Positions 1 to 9,139 of a stretch of DNA of 64,000 nt are shown piece after piece. The position numbers were made by a program, and so were the translations under genes. The DNA lies in contig OY970323.1 in the NCBI GenBank assembly GCA_963716985.1, positions 1,344,001 through 1,408,000 of the forward strand, given 5' to 3'. Under the pieces are notes generated by a model. The model was not told where the DNA came from. It saw only the letters and a list, made by a program, of their open reading frames with translations, and searched no databases. This stretch comes from an uncultured bacterium (GTDB lineage Bacteria > Chlamydiota > Chlamydiia > Chlamydiales > SM23-39). The stretch's first letter is position 1. Every line of letters begins with the position of its first letter.

Positions 1-221
1 GTCTAAATTAAACGTCATCTCCTATGATTAACCTGCAGAACAAGAGCAACAAAGGATGTTGCAGTCGAATTATCTGGGGGTTTGAGATTTTTGGACAATT
101 TTCTCAAACCCCCGAATAAATCAAGCAATATGGTTTTCCGACAGAAATCGCTATAGAGCACAAATCAAGATTTGAACTGATTTTGTACCAGATTCAGACG
201 CGAAATTAGTCCAAACTCCAG
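1..221 (+). mobile_element. 265-bp MITE, copy 1 (first 44 bp lie outside the window)
   Basis: Matches 12579-12799 and 48573-48793 by eye; ends in right TIR GAAATTAGTCCAAACTCCAG. Confidence 0.9.
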
Positions 222-345
222 AGTGATATAAACCAGAGCATACAGCATCAAGAAAACCAACAACTTAAAGAAGCTTTAATTCTGCTCATTTAATCCAATA
301 TTGACCAGTCTTTCCTGACCAAGTGCGTAAAATTTGCGTAATTTG

Positions 346-374
346 TTGACATATGTCAAAAACTTCGTTATTAT
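346..374 (+). promoter_or_regulatory. sigma70/sigma66-type promoter with a palindromic operator, TA module 1
   Basis: TTGACA(346-351)-17 bp-TATTAT(369-374); perfect 14-bp palindrome TTGACATATGTCAA (346-359) covers the -35. Confidence 0.75.
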
Positions 375-397
375 CAAGATTTGATAAGGAAAATGGC

Positions 398-688
398 ATG
401 TCTCATTGGACTGTGGCCTTTTCTAAAGATGCGAGAAAGCAATATAAGAAACTCGAACGTAGCGGATCCAAAATCCTTGACGTAATTGACTTTTTGGCCC
501 TCGATCTCCAGAAAAATGGACCATATCTACCTTCATGGCCTCATTATAAGCCATTAGGGAAAGATCTTTTTCATTGTCATCTTCGCAAAGGACATCCTAC
601 ATATGTCGCTTGCTGGAAGATTATAGGCAAACAAATGAGACAAATTGAGGTATATTATGTCGGCTCACATGAAAATGCACCATATTAA
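398..688 (+). CDS. RelE/ParE-superfamily type II toxin
   Basis: Basic ~96-aa protein (WTVAFSKDARKQYKKL...FHCHL...IEVYYVGSHENAPY) upstream of an HTH gene; ATG 398 follows AAGGA and the promoter, while ATG 353 lies inside the promoter. Confidence 0.75.
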   Translation: MSHWTVAFSKDARKQYKKLERSGSKILDVIDFLALDLQKNGPYLPSWPHYKPLGKDLFHCHLRKGHPTYVACWKIIGKQMRQIEVYYVGSHENAPY

Positions 689-1052
689 AGATGGTCTAGC
701 TTATAAAGTTATCATCGAAATGCCAGGAAGAACAAAGAGACTTTCCTTTGTGCCAGAAAAATATCTGCACAAACTCGAAGCATTCTTGGAAAAGTATGGG
801 CAATCCGAATCGACTTCATGGGAAGAACTCGCCAGCAAACGCATTGCCAAATTTAAGAAGCAGGGCTTGGTGCTTAGAGGCGCTCGCCAGAGAGAAGGTC
901 TCTCTCAAAAAGCATTGGCCAAAAAAAGCGGCATCAATCAAGAAAATATCTCTAAACTAGAAAATGGTCAAAGACCTATTGGCGAAAAAGTAGCTAAAAA
1001 ATTGGCAAAAGCTCTACGAATCGATTGCGAGCTCTTACTTCATGCGATATAA
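657..1052 (+). CDS. XRE-family HTH antitoxin (HigA-like)
   Basis: C-terminal HTH LRGARQREGLSQKALAKKSGINQENISKLENG; overlaps the toxin end; GAGG upstream of ATG 657. Confidence 0.8.
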   Translation: MSAHMKMHHIKDGLAYKVIIEMPGRTKRLSFVPEKYLHKLEAFLEKYGQSESTSWEELASKRIAKFKKQGLVLRGARQREGLSQKALAKKSGINQENISKLENGQRPIGEKVAKKLAKALRIDCELLLHAI

Positions 1053-1094
1053 TCCCCTCAACTGGAGCTTCTATTTTTGGGCGGGTCAGTTCAA

Positions 1095-2276
1095 TCAAAA
1101 AAACCCACCCAAAGACAATAAGAAACTCTTCAGATATTTTCCTTCTTTATGAAACAGACTGATCGGATGATCATAGGCCAAGTGATGGGAGGAAAGAATT
1201 TTCACTTGTCTTTTCGCCTCTTTTGCTGCTCGAAATATTAAGGAAAGAAAATTCTCTTCCGAAACGTGATAGGAGCAGCTGCAAGTCAATAAAAGGCTGC
1301 CCTCGGGCATTTTTTTAAAAGCAAGGCTATGAAGCTCTCGATACCCTCTAATTGCAGAAGAGAGATCTTCGCGTTTTTTTGCAAAAGCCGGAGGATCTAA
1401 GATGAGAAGATCGTAATCCAGAGGTTTTTCTCTGAGAAAATCAAACACATCCTGGCAATAGAACCCATGACCGTCCGGAGACAGTTGATTGAACGAAAAG
1501 TTCTTCTTGGCAAGAGTTAGCGCCTTTTCTGAAATCTCGATCGAATCCACTTTTTTTGCGCCTCCCGCAGCAGCAGAAACGGAAAAAGCTCCGGTATAGG
1601 CAAAGGCATTTAAAACTCGTTTTTGAAAAGCAATATCCTTGATCGCAAAGCGCATCTCTCTCTGATCGAGGAAAAAACCCGTTTTTTGGCCTTGAGGGAT
1701 TTTCACAAGATAGCGCAAACCCTTTTCCAAAATTTCGATTTCGTCGGGAACATCTCCCCACAAAATCCCCTCTTTTCTCTCTAATCCTTCCAAATCCCGA
1801 ACGGACAGATCGGACTTTTCATAGATGCCTTCGATCCGAGGAAGCTTTTCTCTGAGAGTTTCAAGAAGATATTCTTTCAACCTGTCCATACCGAAGGTGG
1901 TGACCTGCAAAACAAGAACTTTTCCGTAAAGATCCACGATCAAGCCGGGCAGGAAATCCCCTTCTCCATGAATCAAACGATAACTATTGGTCTCTTGCCC
2001 TGAAAAAAGACCTTCTCGTAAAGAGATCGCTCTAGAAATGGCATTCCTGATAGCAAGATAGGGATCCTCGCTGCCAAAGCTGACCATCCGCCCAATCAAA
2101 GAACATTTTTCATTAAAATACCCCCAACCCAGCATCTCTCCTTCATGGGTAAAAACCGGAAGCAGATCTCCCTGTCTGCAGGGGGGAAAAGAAGCAATGG
2201 CGCCAGAAAAAATCCAGGGATGAAAATTGCGAACGAACGCATCTTTTTTGGGCTTTAGAATCACCTTGGCTTGCAT
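1095..2276 (-). CDS. rlmI: 23S rRNA m5C1962 methyltransferase, RlmI family
   Basis: PUA-like N-terminus HPWIFSGAI, GQKTGFFLDQRE, NAFAYTGAFS, LDPPAFAK, TCSCS. Confidence 0.85.
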   Translation of the reverse strand: MQAKVILKPKKDAFVRNFHPWIFSGAIASFPPCRQGDLLPVFTHEGEMLGWGYFNEKCSLIGRMVSFGSEDPYLAIRNAISRAISLREGLFSGQETNSYRLIHGEGDFLPGLIVDLYGKVLVLQVTTFGMDRLKEYLLETLREKLPRIEGIYEKSDLSVRDLEGLERKEGILWGDVPDEIEILEKGLRYLVKIPQGQKTGFFLDQREMRFAIKDIAFQKRVLNAFAYTGAFSVSAAAGGAKKVDSIEISEKALTLAKKNFSFNQLSPDGHGFYCQDVFDFLREKPLDYDLLILDPPAFAKKREDLSSAIRGYRELHSLAFKKMPEGSLLLTCSCSYHVSEENFLSLIFRAAKEAKRQVKILSSHHLAYDHPISLFHKEGKYLKSFLLSLGGFF

Positions 2277-2305
2277 GGAAAAACTCGCGGCTTTTGGTCG
2301 CAGAA

Positions 2306-2917
2306 TTATATCTTATGGAGCGTCAAAATAGCAAATATTCCAAAGCAGAAGATCGCAAGACCCGATATCCGGTTGATCCAAAAAATCACTTTTTGGGAAA
2401 AACTTCCTTTAAAATGGGTCAAACTCTCCGCCAGCAAAAACCACCAAAGAGAAGATCCCACAAAAATTCCAAGCCCGAGAGCGGATCCTTTCATAACCTC
2501 CCTCCATTCCAAAGTGAGACCAAATCCCGCAAAAACAACTAGGTAGGAAAGAAGCGAGAGCGGATTGGAAAGAGCAAACAAAAAACTTGTTGAAAAATCA
2601 AAAAATAACTTGTGGTCATGGAAATGATTGTTTGCCTTTGGAGGCTTATGAAGGAAGATCAAAGCGCCCAAGTAGATCAAAAAGATGCCTCCCGTCAACT
2701 TGAGCCAATATTGAATCTGAATCAAAAAATCCAAGAACAACGGGATCATGAGCGCCGCGCCAATGGCACATAAAGAATAGGCAATAGCAGCGCCAAGTCC
2801 GGAGACAAGTCCCGAAGAAAACCCCCGCCTCATCGTTCGATAGGCGCATAACATGCTAATCGGTCCGATCGGCGCGGTTAAAGAAAAGCCAATGAGCAGC
2901 CCTTTTAAGAAAAGCAT
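2306..2917 (-). CDS. LysE-family translocator
   Basis: GLLIGFSLTAPIGP N-terminus, LSNP motif, about 6 hydrophobic segments; start MLFLKG after GGAGG. Confidence 0.85.
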   Translation of the reverse strand: MLFLKGLLIGFSLTAPIGPISMLCAYRTMRRGFSSGLVSGLGAAIAYSLCAIGAALMIPLFLDFLIQIQYWLKLTGGIFLIYLGALIFLHKPPKANNHFHDHKLFFDFSTSFLFALSNPLSLLSYLVVFAGFGLTLEWREVMKGSALGLGIFVGSSLWWFLLAESLTHFKGSFSQKVIFWINRISGLAIFCFGIFAILTLHKI

Positions 2918-3107
2918 TCTTCCTCCCTGTTTTTTTCTCATAACAGGAGGGGAATTAGGAGGCAAGAAACAAAAACATAAGAATTGTTAAAAATTCCGTC
3001 CGATTCTTTCCCTCTCTCGATCCATCTCTTTTTTTTTGCAATGGGTTTCTGAAAGGGGTGGCGGCAGTATCTCCAAAGAAAAGCTAAAAGAAGTTTTTTC
3101 AAAAACC

Positions 3108-3332
3108 TTATCTTCGAAAGATCCAAAAAAAAAGATTGAGCAGCAGGGTGAAAAGAGCGCTCAAGAGCAAGCAGGTAGCAAGTGGAAAGCGAACATAGGC
3201 CCCCTCTTTTTTCCACGCAAGATCTCCAGGGAGTCTTCCCAAAGGAAACCCCATTTTCTGTCCAAAATAGATCAAGAGGCCAAGAACAACAAAAGCAAGT
3301 CCCACGAAAATCAATAGTTTCGCAATGTTCAC
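3108..3332 (-). CDS. DUF2905-like small membrane protein
   Basis: Two TM segments flanking LGRLPGDL...FPLATCLLLS; GTG start inferred. Confidence 0.75.
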   Translation of the reverse strand: MNIAKLLIFVGLAFVVLGLLIYFGQKMGFPLGRLPGDLAWKKEGAYVRFPLATCLLLSALFTLLLNLFFWIFRR

Positions 3333-3472
3333 CAAAAACCCCCTTTCTTCGAAACTTGAAAGAACAACCATTCTACTTAAGCATGAAAATGAATTCCATC
3401 TTTTGCAATTGACCGCAAAAAGAAGAAATTGTTACAATTTCCCCCAAATTAACCCTCGAAGGAGATTTTTTC

Positions 3473-3685
3473 ATGAAACAGAGAGGAACGGTCAAATGGT
3501 TCGACGAACGCAAAGGATATGGCTTTATCATTCCCGATGGAGAGAAAAAAGATATTTTTGTCCACAACACGAACATAGAAAACGCAAACCGCATTCTGGA
3601 GCCCGGCGAAGTTGTAGAGTTTGAAGTAGCGAATGGAAAAAAAGGTCCGGAAGCCATCAAAGTTCGTTCGATTACCGAAGGCTAA
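3473..3685 (+). CDS. Cold-shock protein
   Basis: GTVKWF, RNP1 KGYGFI, RNP2 IFVH, KKGPEA. Confidence 0.95.
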   Translation: MKQRGTVKWFDERKGYGFIIPDGEKKDIFVHNTNIENANRILEPGEVVEFEVANGKKGPEAIKVRSITEG

Positions 3686-3723
3686 GAAATCTCTTCTCGA
3701 AAAGATTTTGCAGCAATTTTTTT

Positions 3724-3748
3724 AAGGCCGCTTGTTATAAGCGGCCTT
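3724..3748. terminator. Probable bidirectional intrinsic terminator
   Basis: AAGGCCGCTT-gttat-AAGCGGCCTT between convergent genes. Confidence 0.7.
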
Positions 3749-3750
3749 TC

Positions 3751-4617
3751 TTATTTTGGAAAAAAACATGTGCCGGTTTTTTTCCAAATCCAAGGCACTG
3801 CGCATCCAATCCATAGCCCGAAAACTAGATTGATCGATGCCTGAAAAAAGTGGTGTCCCTCGAGGAGAGGATGCAACAGAAAAAATAAAAGAAATAGGCC
3901 CGCGATGCCGATCAAAGCACGAAGAGCGCCCTCCTTTTTATTCTTAGGATCAACGAGAAGATGCCAACGAGAAGCTAGGTAAAGAGATACCACGATGCCA
4001 AGCGAGGCGCCCGACAAAAGATAGACGGTATCGTTTCGAATAAGGAGAGATGGAATCGTGGAAACGATCGCCCCCCAGATAAAAAGCTCATTCCAAGATT
4101 TTTTCTTCGCCCATCTCTCGATCCAAGGATCCTTCTGATAGAAAAGGATCAGTAAAAAAAGGCCGACCAGCCAACCGCCCAGGACATCCATAGGGAAATG
4201 AACTCCTAAATAAATTCTAGAGAGGCTCACCCAAAAAAAGAAATTGATCGCAGCAAATCTTGTCCAAAACCCCTTTTTCCATTCTTTGAGGATCAGGCCC
4301 GCAAGCAGAATTGCTGTTTGCGCTCCCCCGCTTGGAAAGCTATATCCCGGCACATAGACCAAAGCCACGCTTGGGTCCAAGAAAAAGGGCCGAGGCGTTG
4401 TGAAAAGCATCTTTAAACCAAGATTCAACAAGCTGCTCGCGATGAAAAGATAAAACAAACGAACGCCCCATTTCCACTGCACTCCGAGCCAAATCAGCGG
4501 TATGAGGACAAAGAAAAATTCCTGCCGATCAAAAATATTTAAAAAGATAAACCATTGATCAAGAATTGGTGTTCTGAAATTGTGGAGAAAATAGATCCAA
4601 TCAAGCTGCCAGTGCAT
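3751..4617 (-). CDS. PAP2-family membrane phosphatase
   Basis: KxxxxxxRP, SFPSGGA (usual His replaced by Gly), SRIYLGVHFPMDV. Confidence 0.85.
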   Translation of the reverse strand: MHWQLDWIYFLHNFRTPILDQWFIFLNIFDRQEFFFVLIPLIWLGVQWKWGVRLFYLFIASSLLNLGLKMLFTTPRPFFLDPSVALVYVPGYSFPSGGAQTAILLAGLILKEWKKGFWTRFAAINFFFWVSLSRIYLGVHFPMDVLGGWLVGLFLLILFYQKDPWIERWAKKKSWNELFIWGAIVSTIPSLLIRNDTVYLLSGASLGIVVSLYLASRWHLLVDPKNKKEGALRALIGIAGLFLLFFLLHPLLEGHHFFQASINLVFGLWIGCAVPWIWKKTGTCFFPK

Positions 4618-4746
4618 AAAAAATTCCGTTTCCTTCCATTCGTAGATGGTTGATTCTCTTGAATCAATCTTTTCCTTGCATCCGTTTTTTGCGATACGAC
4701 TTGGAGCTAATAAGCGATATGATTAAAGCAGTATCTGAGATTTCAC

Positions 4747-5268
4747 TCACTTTTTATCAAAATACTTTTTCAAGATCGCCGGAATCTGTTCGGGAGTTAC
4801 CTGAGGATAGACATCTTCTCCTACTTTGATCACAGGAGCTAAAGCGCACATGCCCAAACAGCGTGTGGACTCGAGGGTAAAGAGGCCATCGTTAGTCGTT
4901 TCGCCAAAATCAATTCCAAGCTCTTCTTTGAGCTTCTTAGCAACATTGTCAGCTCCTCGTACGTGGCAAGCCGTCCCCGTGCAAACGCTGATGATAAAAC
5001 GGCCGATCGTCTTCAATCGGAACAGATGATAAAACGTAGCTACTCCGAACACTTTGGATGTTGGGATTTGCATCACTTGCGCAATCGCATCGAGCCTCTC
5101 TTTGCTCAGATAGCCAAAATGCAGCTGAGTCTTCTGCAATACGGCAATCAGCTGGCTCTCCGGATGGGGCTCCTTTTTGCATTTTTCAATGAAGGCTAAA
5201 ACATCTTGAGGAAGTTCTTTTTTACTTTTCTCGAGAACATCATCTTGGATTGCAGGTTTTTTGCTCAT
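4747..5268 (-). CDS. hydC: [FeFe]-hydrogenase NuoE-like [2Fe-2S] subunit (HydC/HndA)
   Basis: VCTGTACHVRG and RCLGMCALAP Cys motifs, VATFY; ATGA overlap with hydA stop. Confidence 0.9.
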   Translation of the reverse strand: MSKKPAIQDDVLEKSKKELPQDVLAFIEKCKKEPHPESQLIAVLQKTQLHFGYLSKERLDAIAQVMQIPTSKVFGVATFYHLFRLKTIGRFIISVCTGTACHVRGADNVAKKLKEELGIDFGETTNDGLFTLESTRCLGMCALAPVIKVGEDVYPQVTPEQIPAILKKYFDKK

Positions 5269-7025
5269 CGGATCCCCTTGGGAAATTTTTGATGGTAATG
5301 GGTATGGAGAAGTTTATGGGCCATCGCGCTTCCGGGCTCCTTGAGAAACTCTTTATAAAGCTTCTGAATTGCGGGATTGTCATGAGAAGTGCGCAGCTTT
5401 TTCCCTTTGTCGATCGAATAAAGCGCTTCGGCACGTTTGGCAAAAAGCTTGGGATCGAGAGTCGTATATCCCTTGGATGGATAGGGCTGCCCCCCTCCCC
5501 CGATACAGCCTCCGGGACAAGCCATGATCTCGATCACGTGAAACTCTTTTTCTCCCGACAGCACTTTATCCAGCAGAGTTTTAGCGTTGACAAGGCCGTT
5601 GGCAACTCCAATGCTTAAGGTAACATCTCCGATCGTCAAACTTTTCTCACGAAGACCCTCAACCGCCCGAACTTCCTTAAATTCAATGTTCGTCAGGACT
5701 TTTCCCGTAATTTCTTCCGCTGCAGTACGAAGGGCGGCTTCCATCACTCCCCCCGTGGTGCCGAAAATCACCCCGGCTCCGGAAACCTCTCCCCAAGGCG
5801 AATCGAATTCGCTATCGGAAAGGTGGGCAAAATCGATTCCATAGTTTTTGATCATCCATCCCAGCTCCCTCGTTGTAAGAACGGCATCGGTAAGCTTCAT
5901 ATCGTCGATCGTATGCTCGGGACGATCCATCTCAAATTTTTTCGCCACGCAGGGCATGATAGCAACGACAAAAATATCATGAGGGTTTTTCCCCATCTTC
6001 TCTGCATAATAGGTCTTGATCAGCGCCGACATCATGCTCATCGGAGAACGGCAGCTCGATGCATGCGGAATGAGTTCCGGATAGAATTTTTCCATAAAAT
6101 TGACCCAACCCGGCGAGCAGGAAGTGATCAGAGGAAGCCTTTCTTTCTTTTTAATTCTGTTCAAAAGCTCATGGGCCTCTTCCATGATGGTCAAATCGGC
6201 CGTATAGGAAGTATCAAAAATGGGGTGAAACCCTAATAATTTCAAAGCCGTTACCATCTTCCCGGTACAGGGAGTTCCGGGATCAAATCCAAAATCCTCT
6301 CCAATCGCAGCGCGAATGGACGGAGCTACCTGCACGACAACGTGTTTGCTCGGATCCGCAAGCGCGGCCCATACGGCATCGGTGTGCCTCTTTTCCTGAA
6401 AAGATGCGGTTGGGCATGCATTAATGCACTGCCCGCATTGAATGCACACCGAATCATCCATGTTCGCCCCATAAGCAGGAGTGACGACCGTATGAAAGCC
6501 CCGATAGTGCTGGCTCAAATTATTCACCCCTTGCACCTCGCTGCAAACACGAACGCAGCGGCGGCAAAGCACGCACTTGTTGGCATCGCGCACAACGGAT
6601 TTACTCGAACTCTCAATGGGATACTGCTTGCGCTTCCCCTCAAAAAGTCTCTCGCGAACTCCATATTCGTAGGCAAGATTCTGCAGCTCGCAATGGCCAT
6701 CTCTTTCGCAGGTTTGGCAATCCTTGGGGTGGTTGTCTAAAAGCAGCTCAATGATATCCCTGCGGGCTTGGCGAATTTCCGGGGAATTGGTCAGCACAAC
6801 CATCCCCTCTTCTGCAAGAGCGCTGCAAGAGGTCACAAAATATTCGACTCCCGTGACCTTCACGATACAGATCCTGCAAGAACCCTCCAAACTCAGACGA
6901 GGGTGGAAGCAAAGCCGAGGAATATGGATCCCGATTTGCTGCGCCACTTGCATGATCGTAGTTCCCGTCGGAACTTTCACCTGATTCTCATTGATAGTTA
7001 AGGTAATTTCTTTTTTTTCCGCCAT
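5265..7025 (-). CDS. hydA: Group A [FeFe]-hydrogenase catalytic subunit (HydA/HndD)
   Basis: H-cluster motifs TSCSPGW, MPCVAKKFE, EIMACPGGCIGGGGQP; N-terminal [2Fe-2S], His-ligated [4Fe-4S] (HPKDCQTC) and 2x[4Fe-4S]; C-terminal LLHTHY. Confidence 0.96.
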   Translation of the reverse strand: MAEKKEITLTINENQVKVPTGTTIMQVAQQIGIHIPRLCFHPRLSLEGSCRICIVKVTGVEYFVTSCSALAEEGMVVLTNSPEIRQARRDIIELLLDNHPKDCQTCERDGHCELQNLAYEYGVRERLFEGKRKQYPIESSSKSVVRDANKCVLCRRCVRVCSEVQGVNNLSQHYRGFHTVVTPAYGANMDDSVCIQCGQCINACPTASFQEKRHTDAVWAALADPSKHVVVQVAPSIRAAIGEDFGFDPGTPCTGKMVTALKLLGFHPIFDTSYTADLTIMEEAHELLNRIKKKERLPLITSCSPGWVNFMEKFYPELIPHASSCRSPMSMMSALIKTYYAEKMGKNPHDIFVVAIMPCVAKKFEMDRPEHTIDDMKLTDAVLTTRELGWMIKNYGIDFAHLSDSEFDSPWGEVSGAGVIFGTTGGVMEAALRTAAEEITGKVLTNIEFKEVRAVEGLREKSLTIGDVTLSIGVANGLVNAKTLLDKVLSGEKEFHVIEIMACPGGCIGGGGQPYPSKGYTTLDPKLFAKRAEALYSIDKGKKLRTSHDNPAIQKLYKEFLKEPGSAMAHKLLHTHYHQKFPKGIR

Positions 7026-7036
7026 GGCCTTGCCTC

Positions 7037-8974
7037 TTAGAGTTTTTTAACGGCATTGAAGCGACACACTTCAAAACATTTGCCGCACTGGATGCAGCGC
7101 GTTTGATCGATCAGGTGCGTCTTTTTTCTTTCTCCTGATATACAAGCGACAGGACAATTTTTTGCACACATCATACAACCCACGCATTTCTCGGGATCAA
7201 TTTCATAGTGGATCAGATGCTGGCATTTTTTCGCAGGACATGTTTTTTTAACCACATGCGCTACATATTCGTCGCGAAAATATTTAAGAGTGCTCAAAAT
7301 CGGGTTGCACGCAGATCTTCCAAGTCCGCAAAGGGATGCCTTTTTCATGAGAAGCGCCAAGCGTTCCAGCTTTTCGATATCTTCCAAAGTTCCTTTTCCT
7401 GCGATGATGCGATCCAAAATTTCTAAAATACGAACCGTTCCTTCTCTGCAGGGAGTACATTTGCCGCAAGATTCATCTTGGCAAAATTCCATAAAGAAAC
7501 GCGCCACCTGAACCATGCAATCGTCTTCATCTAAGACGATAAGGCCGCCGCTTCCCATGATCGATCCCACTGCAGCAAGTTTTTCATAATCCACAACCGT
7601 ATGCATCAAAGATGCGGGAATACACCCGCCGGCAGGGCCTCCTGTTTGAACGGCCTTCAGTTTTTTCCCCGAAACCGTTCCTCCTCCAATGTCAAAGACA
7701 ATTTCATTGAGCGTCGCTCCCATGGGAACTTCCACAAGACCTGTATGTTTGATCTTTCCCGACATGGCAAAAACTTTCGTTCCCCCGCTCCTGTCCGTAC
7801 CAATTGCTGCAAATTTCTCGCCGCCAATGGACAGAATCACAGGAACATTCGCAAGGGTTTCGACGTTATTGATGATCGTCGGCTTGCCCCAAAGTCCCTG
7901 TACTGCAGGAAAGGGAGGACGTATTCTTGGCTGTCCCCGACTTCCCTCAATGGAGTGGATCAAAGCCGTTTCTTCTCCGCAAACAAACGCTCCGGCCCCA
8001 AGACGCACTTCAAGATCATAGTTAAAATCGGAGCCAAAAATCTTTTTCCCCAGAATGCCGTGGGAGCGGCAAACGTCGATGGCTTTTTCAATACGCTCTA
8101 CAGCTAGAGGATACTCCGCGCGAATGTAGAAAAATCCTCTTTGAGCGCCGATGGCAAAACCCGCGATCATCATGCCTTCAATAACGCTAAAAGGATCGGA
8201 CTCCAGCATGCTGCGGTCCATAAACGCGCCGGGATCCCCTTCGTCCGCATTGCAAATCATGTAGCGCTCTTTTTCTTGATTGGCCCTCGCAAAGGTCCAT
8301 TTTTTTCCCGTTGGAAAACCCGCTCCTCCCCGGCCCCGAAGCTTGGAGGCGTTGATCTCTTCAATCACCCACAGCGGATCATTTTTTTGTAAAACTAAAG
8401 CAAGCGCATGAAATCCATTGGCATCGACATATTCATAGATGTTTTCCGGATCGATCAGTCCGCAATTACGAAGGGCGACTCTTGTCTGGGAGCAATAGAA
8501 GGGCAGATCTCCATAAATTTCACAATATTTGCGCATGATGGAGACTTGGCATAGCTCTTTTTGCTTCACCGATTGCTTCTGTTTTTCTTTGCGCTCTTCG
8601 TCGGTCAGCTCCGCTTCCAAAAGATACTTTTCACAAACTTTGTTTCCCAAAATATGGGAGACAAAGATCTCATGAACCGCGTCTCGGTCTACTTTTCGAT
8701 AGGTGATGTATCGATTCTGGGGAGTAAAAATCGTCACGATTGGCTCTAAACTACAGCGGCCCGTACACCCGACTCGTTTCAGCTCAATGGTTTTTTTTCC
8801 TGCCGCGGAAATGTGTTTACGAAACTCTTCATACACCAGATCGGCGCCGGAGGCATTTTCACAGGTAGCGCTTCCAATCTGGATCACAATTTTTTCGGAA
8901 ATGTTGCCCTTCGAAAGCTCCTCTTTGGCCCTTTGTTTGAGAAGTAGAAATTTTTTTTGCACTTCTTGATTCAT
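7037..8974 (-). CDS. hydB: [FeFe]-hydrogenase NuoF-like FMN/NADH subunit (HydB/HndC)
   Basis: LRGRGGAGFPTG, NADEGDPGAFMDR, GAFVCGEETAL, ESCGKCTPCREG, C-terminal 2x[4Fe-4S]; start MNQEV after GAGGGG. Confidence 0.93.
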   Translation of the reverse strand: MNQEVQKKFLLLKQRAKEELSKGNISEKIVIQIGSATCENASGADLVYEEFRKHISAAGKKTIELKRVGCTGRCSLEPIVTIFTPQNRYITYRKVDRDAVHEIFVSHILGNKVCEKYLLEAELTDEERKEKQKQSVKQKELCQVSIMRKYCEIYGDLPFYCSQTRVALRNCGLIDPENIYEYVDANGFHALALVLQKNDPLWVIEEINASKLRGRGGAGFPTGKKWTFARANQEKERYMICNADEGDPGAFMDRSMLESDPFSVIEGMMIAGFAIGAQRGFFYIRAEYPLAVERIEKAIDVCRSHGILGKKIFGSDFNYDLEVRLGAGAFVCGEETALIHSIEGSRGQPRIRPPFPAVQGLWGKPTIINNVETLANVPVILSIGGEKFAAIGTDRSGGTKVFAMSGKIKHTGLVEVPMGATLNEIVFDIGGGTVSGKKLKAVQTGGPAGGCIPASLMHTVVDYEKLAAVGSIMGSGGLIVLDEDDCMVQVARFFMEFCQDESCGKCTPCREGTVRILEILDRIIAGKGTLEDIEKLERLALLMKKASLCGLGRSACNPILSTLKYFRDEYVAHVVKKTCPAKKCQHLIHYEIDPEKCVGCMMCAKNCPVACISGERKKTHLIDQTRCIQCGKCFEVCRFNAVKKL

Positions 8975-9139
8975 TGCCCCTCTCTTCAACCATCTTTGAT
9001 CTCAAGTTTTCACATATCACGGTAAAGAATTATAATGTACTTTTTCTTTTCTCCAACTTGCTTTTCTCCTTTCGATCAGGTATGTAGAAGAAAGAGCGGT
9101 TTTGTACAACTTACGGAACCCAAGTTTTTTGGAGAAATC

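Noticed and set aside
4747..8974. Respiratory complex I nuoEFG
   Set aside because: The large subunit has H-cluster motifs, and no other nuo genes are present.
9035..9139. Long N-terminal extensions in the track (ppsA, and likewise glmS, recD2, yicC, 20935, 49825-51018)
   Set aside because: Downstream starts match family N-termini or RBS; the extensions cover promoter regions or overlap opposite-strand genes.
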